Shown here one piece after another: positions 50,966-63,006 of a stretch of 64,000 bases of DNA; the stretch's first letter is position 1, and each line of letters begins with the position of its first letter. Location: positions 930,001 to 994,000 of the forward strand of contig LSRY02000032.1 in the NCBI GenBank assembly GCA_001643675.2, read 5' to 3'. Source of the DNA: Monocercomonoides exilis PA203 (taxonomy: Eukaryota > Protista > Preaxostyla). A program made the position numbers and the translations under genes. The notes beneath the pieces were generated by a model. It did no database searches, was not told where the DNA came from, and saw only the letters and a list, made by a program, of their open reading frames with translations.

Positions 50966-52371
50966 ATGATAAATGATCCCATTACAAAGATTATTGGTTT
51001 GATGAATGTTGGACAAATAAATTACTTCGAATTGTTCAAGTATTCATTCATAAAAGGAATTGAAAATTCTTCGTCATGCATAGGATTAGTTTTTGTGTAT
51101 TATTTTGTTGGTTGTTGCGTTAAAGCAATATTATCTGGGTCATATAGAAAATTGTTTAATATTGTCATATTAATTGGATTATTTGCTTCATTTTCAAATG
51201 AAATCGTAAATAATATGAGCTTACACACTAACTACATCCTTCAAAATTTGCTTGGGTTATTTATCATTTTGCTGGATGATTCCACGAATAAAAGTTTATT
51301 AACGCAAAGAGTTGTGAATTCTTTCACTATTTTGTTCATGACTTTATTAGTACGCTTCCTTTTTGCATTTTTTAACTTTTTGAAGATTTCTTTTGGTGAT
51401 TAATTTCTTTCGAAAATAGTATTTTCAAACATCGGAAACTCAAGGATTTTTTAGTTTGTATTTACCTGTTGTGGGAAATCAAACTTTGTGCTTGCTAAGC
51501 TTTATTCGTTCATGTGGATTTCTTTTGTTTCCAACTTCTGCTGCTGTAGTGATTTTGTATTTCAGGAAATGGATTCATTTTGTGAAAGAAAATCACCCTG
51601 CATTTTTCCGTATATGTTCTCTTTATTCACGAGGAGTAGTAGGACTTATATGTTTTGCCACAACTCCAGTTCCTTCCATTGCGTATGTGGTTGAATTTTT
51701 TTGTGTTGAGTTGTTCATTTTCACTGTATATTTTTGGGTATGTGATTTATTTTTTTTATTTTTGTATCATTTATTTTTTTAAAGCCAAAAAATTTTGATT
51801 ATAGGAGTGCCATTGTATTTACTACAATCATTAAACTTATGCTTTTGATTGGAGCGACATTTACCACGTTAATGGCAATTGGAAATTATGTATCAAATTT
51901 GGGAGATTCTCAATCTTTGGTATGATAAATGCTTTTGAATTAAAATTTGGTATTTTATTTCCACAATAACAGGATACTTGGCGAGTTTGGAGAAGTCAAT
52001 ACTCTATAAATCCAAATGATAATGATGTTGTGTTTTATGGTACTTTAGACGAGAATAATGAGGTGGCTGTTATATCAAATAAAGAAATTCAAAGTGCAAT
52101 GGAACTGGGTCAAAAAGTGGCATTAGTGGACATCAATTCAAACAAAATTGGCTTTATGAAACAACAAGAATCAGAGAACATGTTTTCTATTTTTGCTTCG
52201 ATTATTGAAAAGGTGATGTACTTTATTAGAAATATTGTTCCATTTGTGGGTTCCTTCCTCAAGGGAAGTAATTTTTGGACTGGATTTTTGATATGGTCGC
52301 ATTGCATTTCTTGTTTGTTGGTGATCGAATTTTTAACTTTTCCACAGTTTCAAAAGTTCAAAACAGATTGA
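50966..52371 (+). CDS. Hypothetical multi-pass membrane protein, multi-exon
   Basis: Series of hydrophobic ORFs (50966, 51456, 52030) separated by short AT-rich intron-like gaps; exact junctions and 3' end (52371 or 52603) not resolved. Confidence 0.45.
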
Positions 52372-53524
52372 TGTGCAGTTGAAAATGTCTTAATTTTTGT
52401 TATTTTCAAAATTATTCGTTTCATTTTTGATGGTTGAATTTAAAGCAGCAGACACAGCAGATCGATCATATCGTAGAAATTTTGTCTTCGTTTCGGGTTT
52501 CAAAATTCGATATCTTTTGATTGAAGTGATATTGTCTGTTCTTTGGCTAATTTTTGAATTTTGTTCGTTTTTCTTTCTTTCATTCTTTCTGTATTCTCAA
52601 TAAATTTTTATTCGACTGACTCACTTTCTTTATTTTATTCTTTAACTTTCCTCATTTTCAAATATTTTAATTTGTATTTATTCAACTTTCTAATAATTCG
52701 TTTTTAATCTTTACGAATAATTGAATTAACAAATTATGTAAGTGAGTGCTCTGTACAATTCTTTTTTGCTAAATTTTGTATTTATTTTATAATTATTATT
52801 AAATTTTTCTTTTTCTTTTCATTTTCCTTATATTCTTTCCTTTCTTCGCTCGCTCTCTCTTTCTCTATCTATCTATCCTTTTTTTTTAAATCTCTTTTTG
52901 TTGCTTCTGCGGTCCACAAGCGACATCACGTAGCTACGACTCTTTAACTCATTCTGTTGTTGAATCCTTGTTTACTCTGTTATTCATGTTCCGCTTTGCA
53001 AGGTCTGCTTTGTTGATCTGAACGACTCTGCGCTGTTGCTGCCAATATTGCGGAGTCTAAAAATTTGGCAAATTCAAATGAATAAAACTGGTTGTGAAAT
53101 GAAAAGAGGGTGAAATGGAAGGGAGGAGCGTCAACGAGGTTACAAAGTCATTGCGTGCAAATCTTCATTCAAAAACAAAAGCATTTTCAAAAAAACGCAA
53201 ACGAGACCTTTGGCTGCAAGGCAAAACAAAAATTATATAAACGGATGAATTTGAACACCTTTTATGATAAGCACCAACAAAAAATATGAATGGCTAGCAT
53301 CCGTGCGCACAGCAAAAGCATTTTGTATAAAAGCAAGCTGATTCCAGGAGCAAATTTACTCAAAAGCTCAGATCGGCAATCCGGATTCGTGCTGCAAGGT
53401 TCATGCAGCAACTCAGAAACAGACTTTCTTTCGCATGCCCCAAGCCTTCATTATTTTCTTCCGTTTGCAGCGCTTTGAATAAATGTCTAAGCCATTCAGC
53501 CATCAAAAACTCCAAGCAACCTTT

Positions 53525-56500
53525 TCACTTTTCGGAGCAGAGTGCACTGCTTCCAAGCAACGAATCTGCTTCCTCCAAGCTTCCTCCTCTGCTGTCGCTG
53601 TAGCTGTAGCTGTTACTGCCGCTGCTGTCCCTGTTCCTTTCCATGTCAATTGCATCTGACATTGTGATTATTACAGCCCTAGCCGGAAACCGCTGAATAA
53701 ACTCGCGCTTCAGCTCTCCAAGCGTGAGCCTCTCCTGCCAATTCATCGATGTTGCTCTTTTTGCAACATCCATCAACATCGATTCTGCATGCGTATTCTC
53801 CATGTTTGGCCTTTCCCCATTCATGATCTTCTGCCCAGCAACTTCGGCTTCATACTCTCCAAACGGAATCTTCAGCGTCAAGCACTCCCACAGCATCATC
53901 CCGATCGAGAATGCAACTGACTCTTTTGTTGCCCCTATCTTCTTGTTCATCAGCAGCTCAGGAGCCTTCCATCTCAGGCACTCTTTTTTGAAATCATCTT
54001 CATCCTCAAAGGCAGATGAGGGCAGAGAGTCACTTTCATCATCATCGCTGGCAGATGTGACAACTGTTGTTGAAGAGATGGAAGAAGAATCTGAATCATC
54101 ATCAGAAGAGAAGTCTGAATGCATCACAATGCAGATCACCATATGTTCTGAGAACAGCACGATATGAGGACTCAGATTGGCCAGAGAGGAAAGACCTTCT
54201 TCCCCATCCTCAAACGAGTGGAGTGCGAGATTCGCCACCCAGAACAGGATCTGAGCGCCAGTCATCTCCCTCTCCTGCAGAGTCCCAATCACCATCTCCT
54301 TCTTCTCGTTCCTTCCATGAAGAAGCATGAACAGCGAATCCCTCAAGTCCACAATCAGCTTCTCATGAGGCGATGAACATGCCATTGCATCCACCAGATT
54401 CGACATGGATGAGGTGGTTGGACACAGATCCTCCCCTCGAACAAATGTTGAATCTGAATCAGTTGTTGAAGTGGTTGAAGTGGATGAGATGGATGGTGAA
54501 GGTGATCTCTTTCGAATCTCTTCTTCTTCAACCTTTTCCAGCATCCATTGAGGAATCTTATCAGAGTCATTTCCAAGAATATATTCAGTCGATCCACTCT
54601 CAGATAGAAGATGCTCTGAAGACTCTGAATGTCCCAAGCTTTTTTCATAAACTCTCTTCTTAATCCTCTCATCGTCCTTCTTCTCTGCCTCCTTCTCTGC
54701 TCTCCTCCACTGCGCCTCAGGCGACATCTCCATTGTCACCATCTCAAACGCCTTCGGATCCTTTTTCACTGTGTCATTCACAATCACTTCCAGTTCTTCT
54801 GTCCTTCTTTTTTGCTTTCTCCATCGAATCGTCACAATTATTGATACAATCAGAACAATTAAAAACAATATGACAAAAAGAACAATCACTATCAAGGCCC
54901 AAGAACTTTCTCTGCCTTTTTCACCTTTTGTGATTGGGGATTCGTTGTTGTTCGTCATTTGAGTTTTGTTTCTCACAACAATTGCTTTTGTGAATGAAGG
55001 CGATTCTTCGTTTCCGAATTGAATTTGAACCGACACTTCTATTTCTGGCGAGGCATCTGAAATGATGGAATTGGGAGTTGCGCCGACAATTGCTTCTTCG
55101 CTTTCAAACCCGGCTTCATCAAACAAGAAATGTGTTATTTGCTTGGCTTCTCCATCTGACAAAACAACGCAAAACGATAAGTTGCATGGAAGCAAAAGAG
55201 AGCCTTGGAACCTCATCAACATGTTGTATTCCATTTCCTCGGTTGTTACTGCTTGCAGCGTGGGGACAAAAAATGTCGAGCCTCTTTCCTCTCCAGCACC
55301 TGTTATTTCGCACCCCTCGTTCAGTATCCATAGAGATGCTGGCAGCTGTGGATTATTCTTACCAGTCTTCACTCCTTTGATACGCATAATTGCAGAATTT
55401 GTGCACACGATGTTCCTTTGGTATGACGGATACTTCTCCATTCCTGGTGAATTGTCGTAAAACTCGGATTTCTCAACATCAACACTGCCTCCGCTCACAC
55501 TCAGTCCTCCTTCTGATGAATTTGTGATTGTTGTTGCTTTCAAAGTTGCTGTACAGTCTTTGAGCTCCACCACAGATCCATTCCATCTGCATATCTCATC
55601 TGTGCTGCCTTTCTCCTGCACTTCTCTTCCATTCTCTTTCTTCCCTTCGAAAAGCGAATTTTCAACATACACAATTTTCGATGATGAAACAGACATAATT
55701 TGTCCGATATTTGTTGAGCATGAATGATTTCTCAGTGAGCAATTCGCAATCCGAAAGTCTTGCCCTTCAGCACAACTTGTGATGCAGCTTGCACCATTTG
55801 ATTTTTGCTCAATATCGCAAATCACCGAATAAGCCAACAGGACAGACCCATGCTCATTTGCAGATCCTCTTCTTTGCTTTCCTTCCTCGTCAACAGATAT
55901 CAGTGAGCTCTCAGCAAGAGTCACATTTCCTATTCTCGCTTCTTTCAATGTGACATTTGCTCCTGGGATGATATGAATTATCCCCTTAGCTGAATTCAAA
56001 TTGGACATATTCATGGAGCTCAAACAGCATTCGCACCCTCCTTCAAATGCAAACAGTGGCTTTTCACCATTGATCCCAACAACTTCGCTGTTTTGGATCT
56101 GAAACAACCCACTTTGCACAGTTATCAGGGACTGCCTCAAATATTCCTCTCTGCTTTCTGCTGTAAACTTGGACGAAGAGATCGCAAGCGATCCGTTTGC
56201 TTCTGTTAACACACTCTCGTGAAGCGTCGAGAAAGCTGCGTGAATGCTCATCGCAATGTTTTCCACTTTCACATTTCCCGAGCACTCCATCACACATCCT
56301 TGGGAAGCCAGCTGGCTCACTTCCTGCCTCAGATGGACAATTGCTGAATGCGACACTTCCTTGCTTCTCAACACCCCACACCTTATTGCACAGTCTTTCA
56401 CGATGTCTGCCTCTTTCTCGATCAGAAGCTGGCTATATGACGAGTCAAGAAGATGCGAAAGACCGTAATTGAGAGATCGGCATGGGGCACTGATATTCCC

Positions 56501-59500
56501 ACACGGCTTTGTGTCGCTCCCTTTTCCCTCTGCTCCGCTCACAAAGATCAGCTCGCTCCGATACACGACGATCAATGGAATTAGATCCATATCTTCTTCT
56601 GCCTCGCCCTCTCCCACACCCCATATCGCATTTCGTCTGTCATATGGAGGTTCTCTCAGATCCAGGACAAACTGAATCTCATTGATTTGCCGCGAGGTCA
56701 GCCAGCACCTCACAAACATATCCCTTCCGACTCTTGCTCTGTTGCCTCCAAATGTGACATTCGAAACCACAAACCTGAGGATCCTTGCCTCTTTCATCTC
56801 GCTTTCCAGATATACCCCTCCCCCTTTCCCCTCTTGTGCAGAGCATGTGCATATATTCGTGCTATTCACTTCAACCATCCCATTTGCAGGCACCATCACC
56901 CTGAGCCCACCTCCACAGCTGTTTCTATCTGCGTGACAGCCTTCAAATGTCGAATTCAGAATCTGGATTAATCCGCTATTATTGATGCAGCACACCAATG
57001 CACATGCCTCTTCGTTGTTGTCATTTTCTATGTTCCAGATTGAACACTCTTCCATCTTCATGCTCCTCTCGTCCGTGTGCTCGCTTGCTTCATTGAAACA
57101 TATCAGTGCGGATGTGGCTTTTATTCCGCTGATCTCACATAGACACAGCCACAGATTCCCCTCATTAATCTCAAAAATTCGATAAGACAAAGTCGATTCT
57201 GCCTGAAGAGAAAAAGCACATTTTTCGATTTTCACATACGACTGGGGTTGGGCCAATCCGATCAATGCTCTTTGACCGTTCGTTAATGCACCTGGAATGG
57301 AATAGTTCACCATGCATATTGTTGTTTTATTTCCCGCAAACACGACTCCTTCATCCATGGGAAGTGAGTCGCTCACATAAATTGCAGAATTCGATTCCAT
57401 TTGCAATGGTCTAACAAGCATGCCATCCAGTTTTGTCTCCCTTCGCACCTCGCACGTTTCCCGTATTGCCACTGTCTTTTCTCCATCTCCACGAACATGC
57501 TCCACTCCAGTCTCAAAAGTCAAGCACGGAAATATCTCTTTTCCGCATCCGATGTTGTTTGCCCCTCGTTCACCATCGACATGGATCGTCTCGTTGAAAT
57601 ACCCAGTGATGAACACAAACAGATCTTCGTATCCCTCAAACCGTGTTCGGTCGCTCCCCATGAGCGAATTCACCCTGTTTGAGACATCAATTCTAGAAGC
57701 AAACTCAAATGATGAGCTGTTCACAACCTCTGTCAGATCCTTGCAGCTGATGAACATGTCCACTCCCACATGTGCTCTGTTGTTCTCAAATTCCAAATTC
57801 ACGAATCTCACTTCGCTTGACTCTCCTCTGCATTCCAAGCACACAAACCCACCTCGCCCCATGCTTTCTGCCTCGCACTCGCATTTGTGGCACAGCGTCT
57901 GCACTCCTTGCATTGCAACAGAGCCTGATTCCGTCAATGCCACACGGATCGCTCCTCCAGCCACACTCGATGAAGATCTAACTTCATTAAACACGCAATC
58001 TTCCAAGATAATCTGCCTTTCAGTCTCCGTCGAGACAAGACACCCTTCATCTGTGCTTGCAAGTGATATTCCTTCGAATTTGGTTTTGTTTTGAAGAAAG
58101 TGTGGAGCGTTGTTATCGTTTTTGCACTTCTCACTTGTCAATGACTCATCTTCTGCAAAAGCAAACACCGGACCATTTGACAACGTTATCTCTTTGAACC
58201 AAACCCCATCCATTTCTGCTTCGCTGCTCTCACTAAACTCAAATGGGCTGACACAAAATGAAACACCAGAGATTGAGCATCTGTCCATTTTCATCTTCCC
58301 TCCAACAATTTGCACAAATGTGTATCCAATGGCTGATGCAGACTGGCATTTCAAGGAGCAATCTATCAAAGAAACTGATGAGTTGTCTGAGTCACCAGAT
58401 TTGATCAACTGTCCAACAGGGATCGAGTAATGTGGCTGGATCACAAAGTTCACTCTTTCAAACAACACATCTTCTCTGTTCAGCAGCACCCAATCACATC
58501 CTTCCATCTGCGGCGAAGCGATCTCCTTAAACACCAACTCACACAATGAGTCAGCAGCTTTCGAAACAACTGACATCCCCGATAAATCAAAACAATCCTG
58601 AATGATTGTTTCTCTGTCGATTCTTATTTCTTTCACTTCGGCTGCATCATGCGCGATATTTGCATATCCCCTCCAGAATGACTCACACGGGAGCAATTCA
58701 TCTCCACATCCCAAAACATCAGTCCCTTCAGCAGACACTTCGATGCACAGCGAATGGCGCTCCTCCAGAAAATACGCCAGATTCACACCTTCAGAAAATA
58801 AAATGTCATCAACTCCGTAAAGGTCAATATCATTCCTTGTATCATCTCCATCTTCGTTCTTTATTCCAAATATTCTGGTGCGTGATATTGTTCTGTTCAG
58901 CTCGTGGCATTTGATGAACACATCACGGCCCATCAATGCTTTGTTCCCACTCACACAAATATCGCTTATCGCAAAGTCCTTTGGACAGTCTTCTCCTTCA
59001 AGCTCGATATATACCCCTCCTCCCTTCCCGATTGTTTCATCAACTGCGCACTCCTTCATCGTTGTGTTCTCAACCTCCAATTTCCCATTCTCCTTCACAC
59101 AAAAATACATTCCTCCTCCGTCTCCATCTGCTCTCTTGCAAGAACAAATATTGCAGCTCTCGTTCAGTGTCATTTCTTCCATGTCAGCACCCTTGATCCC
59201 ACATCCATCAGCAAAAGCACAATTCGAGATACTTATCCCTCTCAGTGCGACACATCCCTTTTCTGCTGTTATCAGTCCATATCCACTCAATGAGGTTGAA
59301 CAGAAGTCGTGAATCCCCACATTATCCATCTCAAGACTGTTTCCTCCAAACATCACAACAACCATTTCTGTTTCTGGAGCTTCTTCTTCTCCATTCTTAA
59401 ATTCGACAAAGTTCACAACACACTTTCCAACAGAAACTGTTATAAATGCCTGATGATCGCTTTCGCATGGCAGTATTACCACCAAGGAGCACATCTCGAG

Positions 59501-62329
59501 GCTCGTCGATTCGTCTCCTGTTGTCTGTTCCACACACCCACACCTTGTCACAACAACACTTCCTTTGACTCCGTTATTTCCTGCAATTCTCAACTCTTTC
59601 CCGCCTCGATTCACTCTTCCGTCCAGTGGAGCAGTGTCCTTTATGATCAACGCAACCTGATCGTCTCTCATCATATCCATTCCAAACTTCACTTCATTGC
59701 ACGGAACATCAATCCACCCACAACGCTCATATTTTCTTCCCTTTCCATCGACAGACAGCCATGTCTGTTCGAGCGGAGGCCTGAACACGAAATGAATCAG
59801 AGATGTCAACAACTCTATTCCTTCTGTTTTATCCTCCACTAACATTCGATCCTCGCCAATGTCTCTGAGAACTGTGTCTGTCCATGCTGATGGTTCCAGC
59901 ATCTTCTCTGGCTCAGCTGTCACGATGTAAATATCCTTTCCGTGTTTCCCTTTATTACCTGAAAATGTGTCGTTTTTCACTGAATATGATGTGCTTAGGC
60001 ATGACAACTCCAGAAACATCCCTCCTCCACATCCATTTTGTTCATCCACGCTGCATTCACTCACTGTGCACGAGTTTATTTTCAGCACTCCCCCATTCTC
60101 GATATTCACACACAATCCTCCTCCTTTTCCATTCAAGTCATTGCACTTGCATCTCTTGATTGTGCTATTGTCGAGCTCAACAGTCTTGGCTTCTGCAACT
60201 GAGCAGCTCAAAATGCTTCCACACACATTGCAACGGGTCACATCGCAGAATGTTGAATTGATGCCTTTGAAGATATCTCCCAGACTCACAAGTGGAACAT
60301 TGTCCATCATAAATCCAGACACTTCGCAAGTGTGCAATGTGACTGTTCCTTCAGCAGCCCAGATATTTGGATGCTGAAAGACGATATCTGGCGAGTCTTT
60401 GCATCCTGTGAGACAGCATTTGTGGAGCTCAAGTGTGCCTCCGGCATCTGAAATGCAAAACAAGCACGACTCTGTCTCGCTGTTGTCTGGCTTTCCATGG
60501 GCAAACATCAGATCCGACAAACTCAAAACTCCAGCATTTATCATGAAAAGTCCTTTCTCTTCTGCTTCCAGCTTTGCAATTATCTCAGATGCCCCGCTTC
60601 CCTTTCCCTTCCCTGTGATCTCAAATCCATCAATTTTGATCTGCTTCGAAACAAAAACCCCTTCATTAATCTCCATCTCGATGTGCTCTTCACTTGCTCT
60701 TTCCACTCCTTTTCCAACAGTCAGGCAGTTCAACGAGTCATTCTCACTTCTTCCACATCCGCTCCAATCAATGCCATTCGGAGTCACAACAATCACATCC
60801 AACACTCCAACAGGATCTGGGAGCAAATGGGATATGTTTTCTAAAATATCCCATTCATACACAATTCGTTTTTGGTTGCTGATGGAATATGAATTGACAA
60901 TAACAAGTTTCAATTTATCCCTCTGAGCATTGCTAACAAAAATGTCATTTCCATGTTGAACTGCTGAATTGTTATAAAAAAAGCAACTGATTATTGTTGT
61001 TGAATATTTAATCATTTGATTGTTGTCAAAAAAGATTGCTCCTGCATTCGTCAAAGCTTTGTTCGATGAAAACAAATTGTTTGATAGTTCAATATCTACC
61101 AAAACATAAACTATGTTTATTGTTCCGCAATAGAAATCAGTAGCAAGATTATTTATCAATTCGTTTTCGCAAAAGAGCAATGTTTTCACATTCCTGATTT
61201 CACCCACACCAAGATACTTTGATTTGCATTCTGTGAAGTTGCATTTGTTTATCTCCAAGTGAAAGGTGAAATGATCAAAAGCACCTGAAGCGTCATCGGA
61301 AGAGCAATTCTTGATTGAGCTATTTTCCATTTTCCATATTCCTGTCCCTTCAATCCTAACTGCACCGGCTCGAGAATCAGCACAGCTCAAAATGCATTTG
61401 TCAAACACGCATCGCTTCATGAGCAATGATGCATTTCCTGAAGCAAATATTGCACCTCCTTTCATCACAGTGCTGCTGGCCACTGTGAATGTTGTGTCAT
61501 TGAACTCTTTTGCTTCATTTTCAAATGTCTGCCTGTGTGTCTCTGTTGCAGTGCACTTCATGAATGTTGAGTTTGAACATTTCAGAGGGCACATTGCACA
61601 GTTTGCAATGCACCCCATATATGGATCCTCTGAACCATAGCAATATACAGACTCAAGTTCACATTTTCCACTCAACAATTGTGGAACTGCTGAAGGCACG
61701 AAATGCTGTTGTTTTGATGAATGGGAGATGTTGCTGAAAAACGTGTTTCTTATTGAGAGTGAAGCTGAAGGGTGGGAAATGACAGCAGAACCGCAATCAA
61801 CGCTGACTGAGAATATCGAAGAGTGACAAAGCAACACGGAGCCAGCACAAATACTCCCAAAACAACGTTCTGAAACAAGCACCAAGCTCGATTTCAGAGA
61901 GCAGGCCATTCCTGTGAGCATCGTCATGTTGCACAAACACAGAACGCTATCTCCGATCTCAAATGGAGGTGTTGTGCCCTGTTCATCTGTGCAAACAATG
62001 CATGACAATGCATGCATTTCTGAACGATTCCACATTTCAAACATGCATCTTTTTTCTTTCTGCTTGAGTATCATGTTTCCAACTTCAATTGTTGAGTTCA
62101 GTAGTCTTGTCTTTGAGCACACAACACCGTGTCCTCGAGACAATAAAGAATTCTCTGGGCAAAATCCAACACCACGAGCACATTCATTTTGCAAGCATTT
62201 GAGATTTATTTCTTTTGTTGAAGTCGTCAGTTGTGTGTTGCAATTCTGATCGCGTTGATTGAAGCAACCATTTTGCAGACTAATGAGGATAAAAGCGGTC
62301 AAACAACACACAATTAAGTTGCATATCAT
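53525..62329 (-). CDS. Receptor-like protein: signal peptide, GGA/beta-helix and Cys-motif repeats, TM helix, degenerate tyrosine-kinase-like (pseudokinase) C-terminus
   Basis: 2934-aa single ORF with many GGG(L/V/M)(Y/F), GNxAxxGxD and CGxxxxPC repeats; TM WALIVIVLFVILFLIVLIVSIIV; C-lobe-like LRWKAPELL, FSIGMMLWECLTLKIPF and GERP. Confidence 0.88.
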   Translation of the reverse strand: MICNLIVCCLTAFILISLQNGCFNQRDQNCNTQLTTSTKEINLKCLQNECARGVGFCPENSLLSRGHGVVCSKTRLLNSTIEVGNMILKQKEKRCMFEMWNRSEMHALSCIVCTDEQGTTPPFEIGDSVLCLCNMTMLTGMACSLKSSLVLVSERCFGSICAGSVLLCHSSIFSVSVDCGSAVISHPSASLSIRNTFFSNISHSSKQQHFVPSAVPQLLSGKCELESVYCYGSEDPYMGCIANCAMCPLKCSNSTFMKCTATETHRQTFENEAKEFNDTTFTVASSTVMKGGAIFASGNASLLMKRCVFDKCILSCADSRAGAVRIEGTGIWKMENSSIKNCSSDDASGAFDHFTFHLEINKCNFTECKSKYLGVGEIRNVKTLLFCENELINNLATDFYCGTINIVYVLVDIELSNNLFSSNKALTNAGAIFFDNNQMIKYSTTIISCFFYNNSAVQHGNDIFVSNAQRDKLKLVIVNSYSISNQKRIVYEWDILENISHLLPDPVGVLDVIVVTPNGIDWSGCGRSENDSLNCLTVGKGVERASEEHIEMEINEGVFVSKQIKIDGFEITGKGKGSGASEIIAKLEAEEKGLFMINAGVLSLSDLMFAHGKPDNSETESCLFCISDAGGTLELHKCCLTGCKDSPDIVFQHPNIWAAEGTVTLHTCEVSGFMMDNVPLVSLGDIFKGINSTFCDVTRCNVCGSILSCSVAEAKTVELDNSTIKRCKCNDLNGKGGGLCVNIENGGVLKINSCTVSECSVDEQNGCGGGMFLELSCLSTSYSVKNDTFSGNKGKHGKDIYIVTAEPEKMLEPSAWTDTVLRDIGEDRMLVEDKTEGIELLTSLIHFVFRPPLEQTWLSVDGKGRKYERCGWIDVPCNEVKFGMDMMRDDQVALIIKDTAPLDGRVNRGGKELRIAGNNGVKGSVVVTRCGCVEQTTGDESTSLEMCSLVVILPCESDHQAFITVSVGKCVVNFVEFKNGEEEAPETEMVVVMFGGNSLEMDNVGIHDFCSTSLSGYGLITAEKGCVALRGISISNCAFADGCGIKGADMEEMTLNESCNICSCKRADGDGGGMYFCVKENGKLEVENTTMKECAVDETIGKGGGVYIELEGEDCPKDFAISDICVSGNKALMGRDVFIKCHELNRTISRTRIFGIKNEDGDDTRNDIDLYGVDDILFSEGVNLAYFLEERHSLCIEVSAEGTDVLGCGDELLPCESFWRGYANIAHDAAEVKEIRIDRETIIQDCFDLSGMSVVSKAADSLCELVFKEIASPQMEGCDWVLLNREDVLFERVNFVIQPHYSIPVGQLIKSGDSDNSSVSLIDCSLKCQSASAIGYTFVQIVGGKMKMDRCSISGVSFCVSPFEFSESSEAEMDGVWFKEITLSNGPVFAFAEDESLTSEKCKNDNNAPHFLQNKTKFEGISLASTDEGCLVSTETERQIILEDCVFNEVRSSSSVAGGAIRVALTESGSVAMQGVQTLCHKCECEAESMGRGGFVCLECRGESSEVRFVNLEFENNRAHVGVDMFISCKDLTEVVNSSSFEFASRIDVSNRVNSLMGSDRTRFEGYEDLFVFITGYFNETIHVDGERGANNIGCGKEIFPCLTFETGVEHVRGDGEKTVAIRETCEVRRETKLDGMLVRPLQMESNSAIYVSDSLPMDEGVVFAGNKTTICMVNYSIPGALTNGQRALIGLAQPQSYVKIEKCAFSLQAESTLSYRIFEINEGNLWLCLCEISGIKATSALICFNEASEHTDERSMKMEECSIWNIENDNNEEACALVCCINNSGLIQILNSTFEGCHADRNSCGGGLRVMVPANGMVEVNSTNICTCSAQEGKGGGVYLESEMKEARILRFVVSNVTFGGNRARVGRDMFVRCWLTSRQINEIQFVLDLREPPYDRRNAIWGVGEGEAEEDMDLIPLIVVYRSELIFVSGAEGKGSDTKPCGNISAPCRSLNYGLSHLLDSSYSQLLIEKEADIVKDCAIRCGVLRSKEVSHSAIVHLRQEVSQLASQGCVMECSGNVKVENIAMSIHAAFSTLHESVLTEANGSLAISSSKFTAESREEYLRQSLITVQSGLFQIQNSEVVGINGEKPLFAFEGGCECCLSSMNMSNLNSAKGIIHIIPGANVTLKEARIGNVTLAESSLISVDEEGKQRRGSANEHGSVLLAYSVICDIEQKSNGASCITSCAEGQDFRIANCSLRNHSCSTNIGQIMSVSSSKIVYVENSLFEGKKENGREVQEKGSTDEICRWNGSVVELKDCTATLKATTITNSSEGGLSVSGGSVDVEKSEFYDNSPGMEKYPSYQRNIVCTNSAIMRIKGVKTGKNNPQLPASLWILNEGCEITGAGEERGSTFFVPTLQAVTTEEMEYNMLMRFQGSLLLPCNLSFCVVLSDGEAKQITHFLFDEAGFESEEAIVGATPNSIISDASPEIEVSVQIQFGNEESPSFTKAIVVRNKTQMTNNNESPITKGEKGRESSWALIVIVLFVILFLIVLIVSIIVTIRWRKQKRRTEELEVIVNDTVKKDPKAFEMVTMEMSPEAQWRRAEKEAEKKDDERIKKRVYEKSLGHSESSEHLLSESGSTEYILGNDSDKIPQWMLEKVEEEEIRKRSPSPSISSTSTTSTTDSDSTFVRGEDLCPTTSSMSNLVDAMACSSPHEKLIVDLRDSLFMLLHGRNEKKEMVIGTLQEREMTGAQILFWVANLALHSFEDGEEGLSSLANLSPHIVLFSEHMVICIVMHSDFSSDDDSDSSSISSTTVVTSASDDDESDSLPSSAFEDEDDFKKECLRWKAPELLMNKKIGATKESVAFSIGMMLWECLTLKIPFGEYEAEVAGQKIMNGERPNMENTHAESMLMDVAKRATSMNWQERLTLGELKREFIQRFPARAVIITMSDAIDMERNRDSSGSNSYSYSDSRGGSLEEADSLLGSSALCSEK

Positions 62330-63006
62330 GTGAATTTTTGATCTAATTTTATATTATGCGATCACACAATTGATCCTTTTTGAAATTAATCTTTCGTTCG
62401 AGATCGAACAAAATGTTTTTCTCAATCGGAATTGCAAATAAATATATTTCCTTTTAAACAACATCAAAAACAATATTTGTTTTCTGTTTCGGTTCAGTTT
62501 TTCAAATCCCATTGAGAAAAAAATTTTGATCAAAACTCGAACTAATGTATGATTTCAAAATTGACCAGCCATATATTTTTTTGAAATTTATTTCAAACAG
62601 TTTTTTTTCAAAAATATTAAAAACAATAAAAATTATGAACTTATTATCGTTTATTTCATGATGAAATGAGAAATGCAGATTCAGGAATTGTTCATAGCTT
62701 GAAATGAGCCTTTTCGTATGATTGTGAGATAATCACTTTTATTTTTGACAGAATAACAAGCATCTTTGAAAACAACCCTTCCTGAAAAATAGTGATTCAA
62801 ATTTTTGTTTGACTAAATAAGTTTTGCATGTATTTGTTTTAAGTCCTTTTAATTTTGATCAAATTTATATTATAAAAATTTTAATAATAAGATTTTGATT
62901 TGTTTATAATTAAAAAAGAACAATTTTTATTTTTTAAATTTTAAATGTCAATGCGTCAAAAAAATGAAAAATCAAAATTCATAGAATTCGTCTTATCTTC
63001 CATTGT

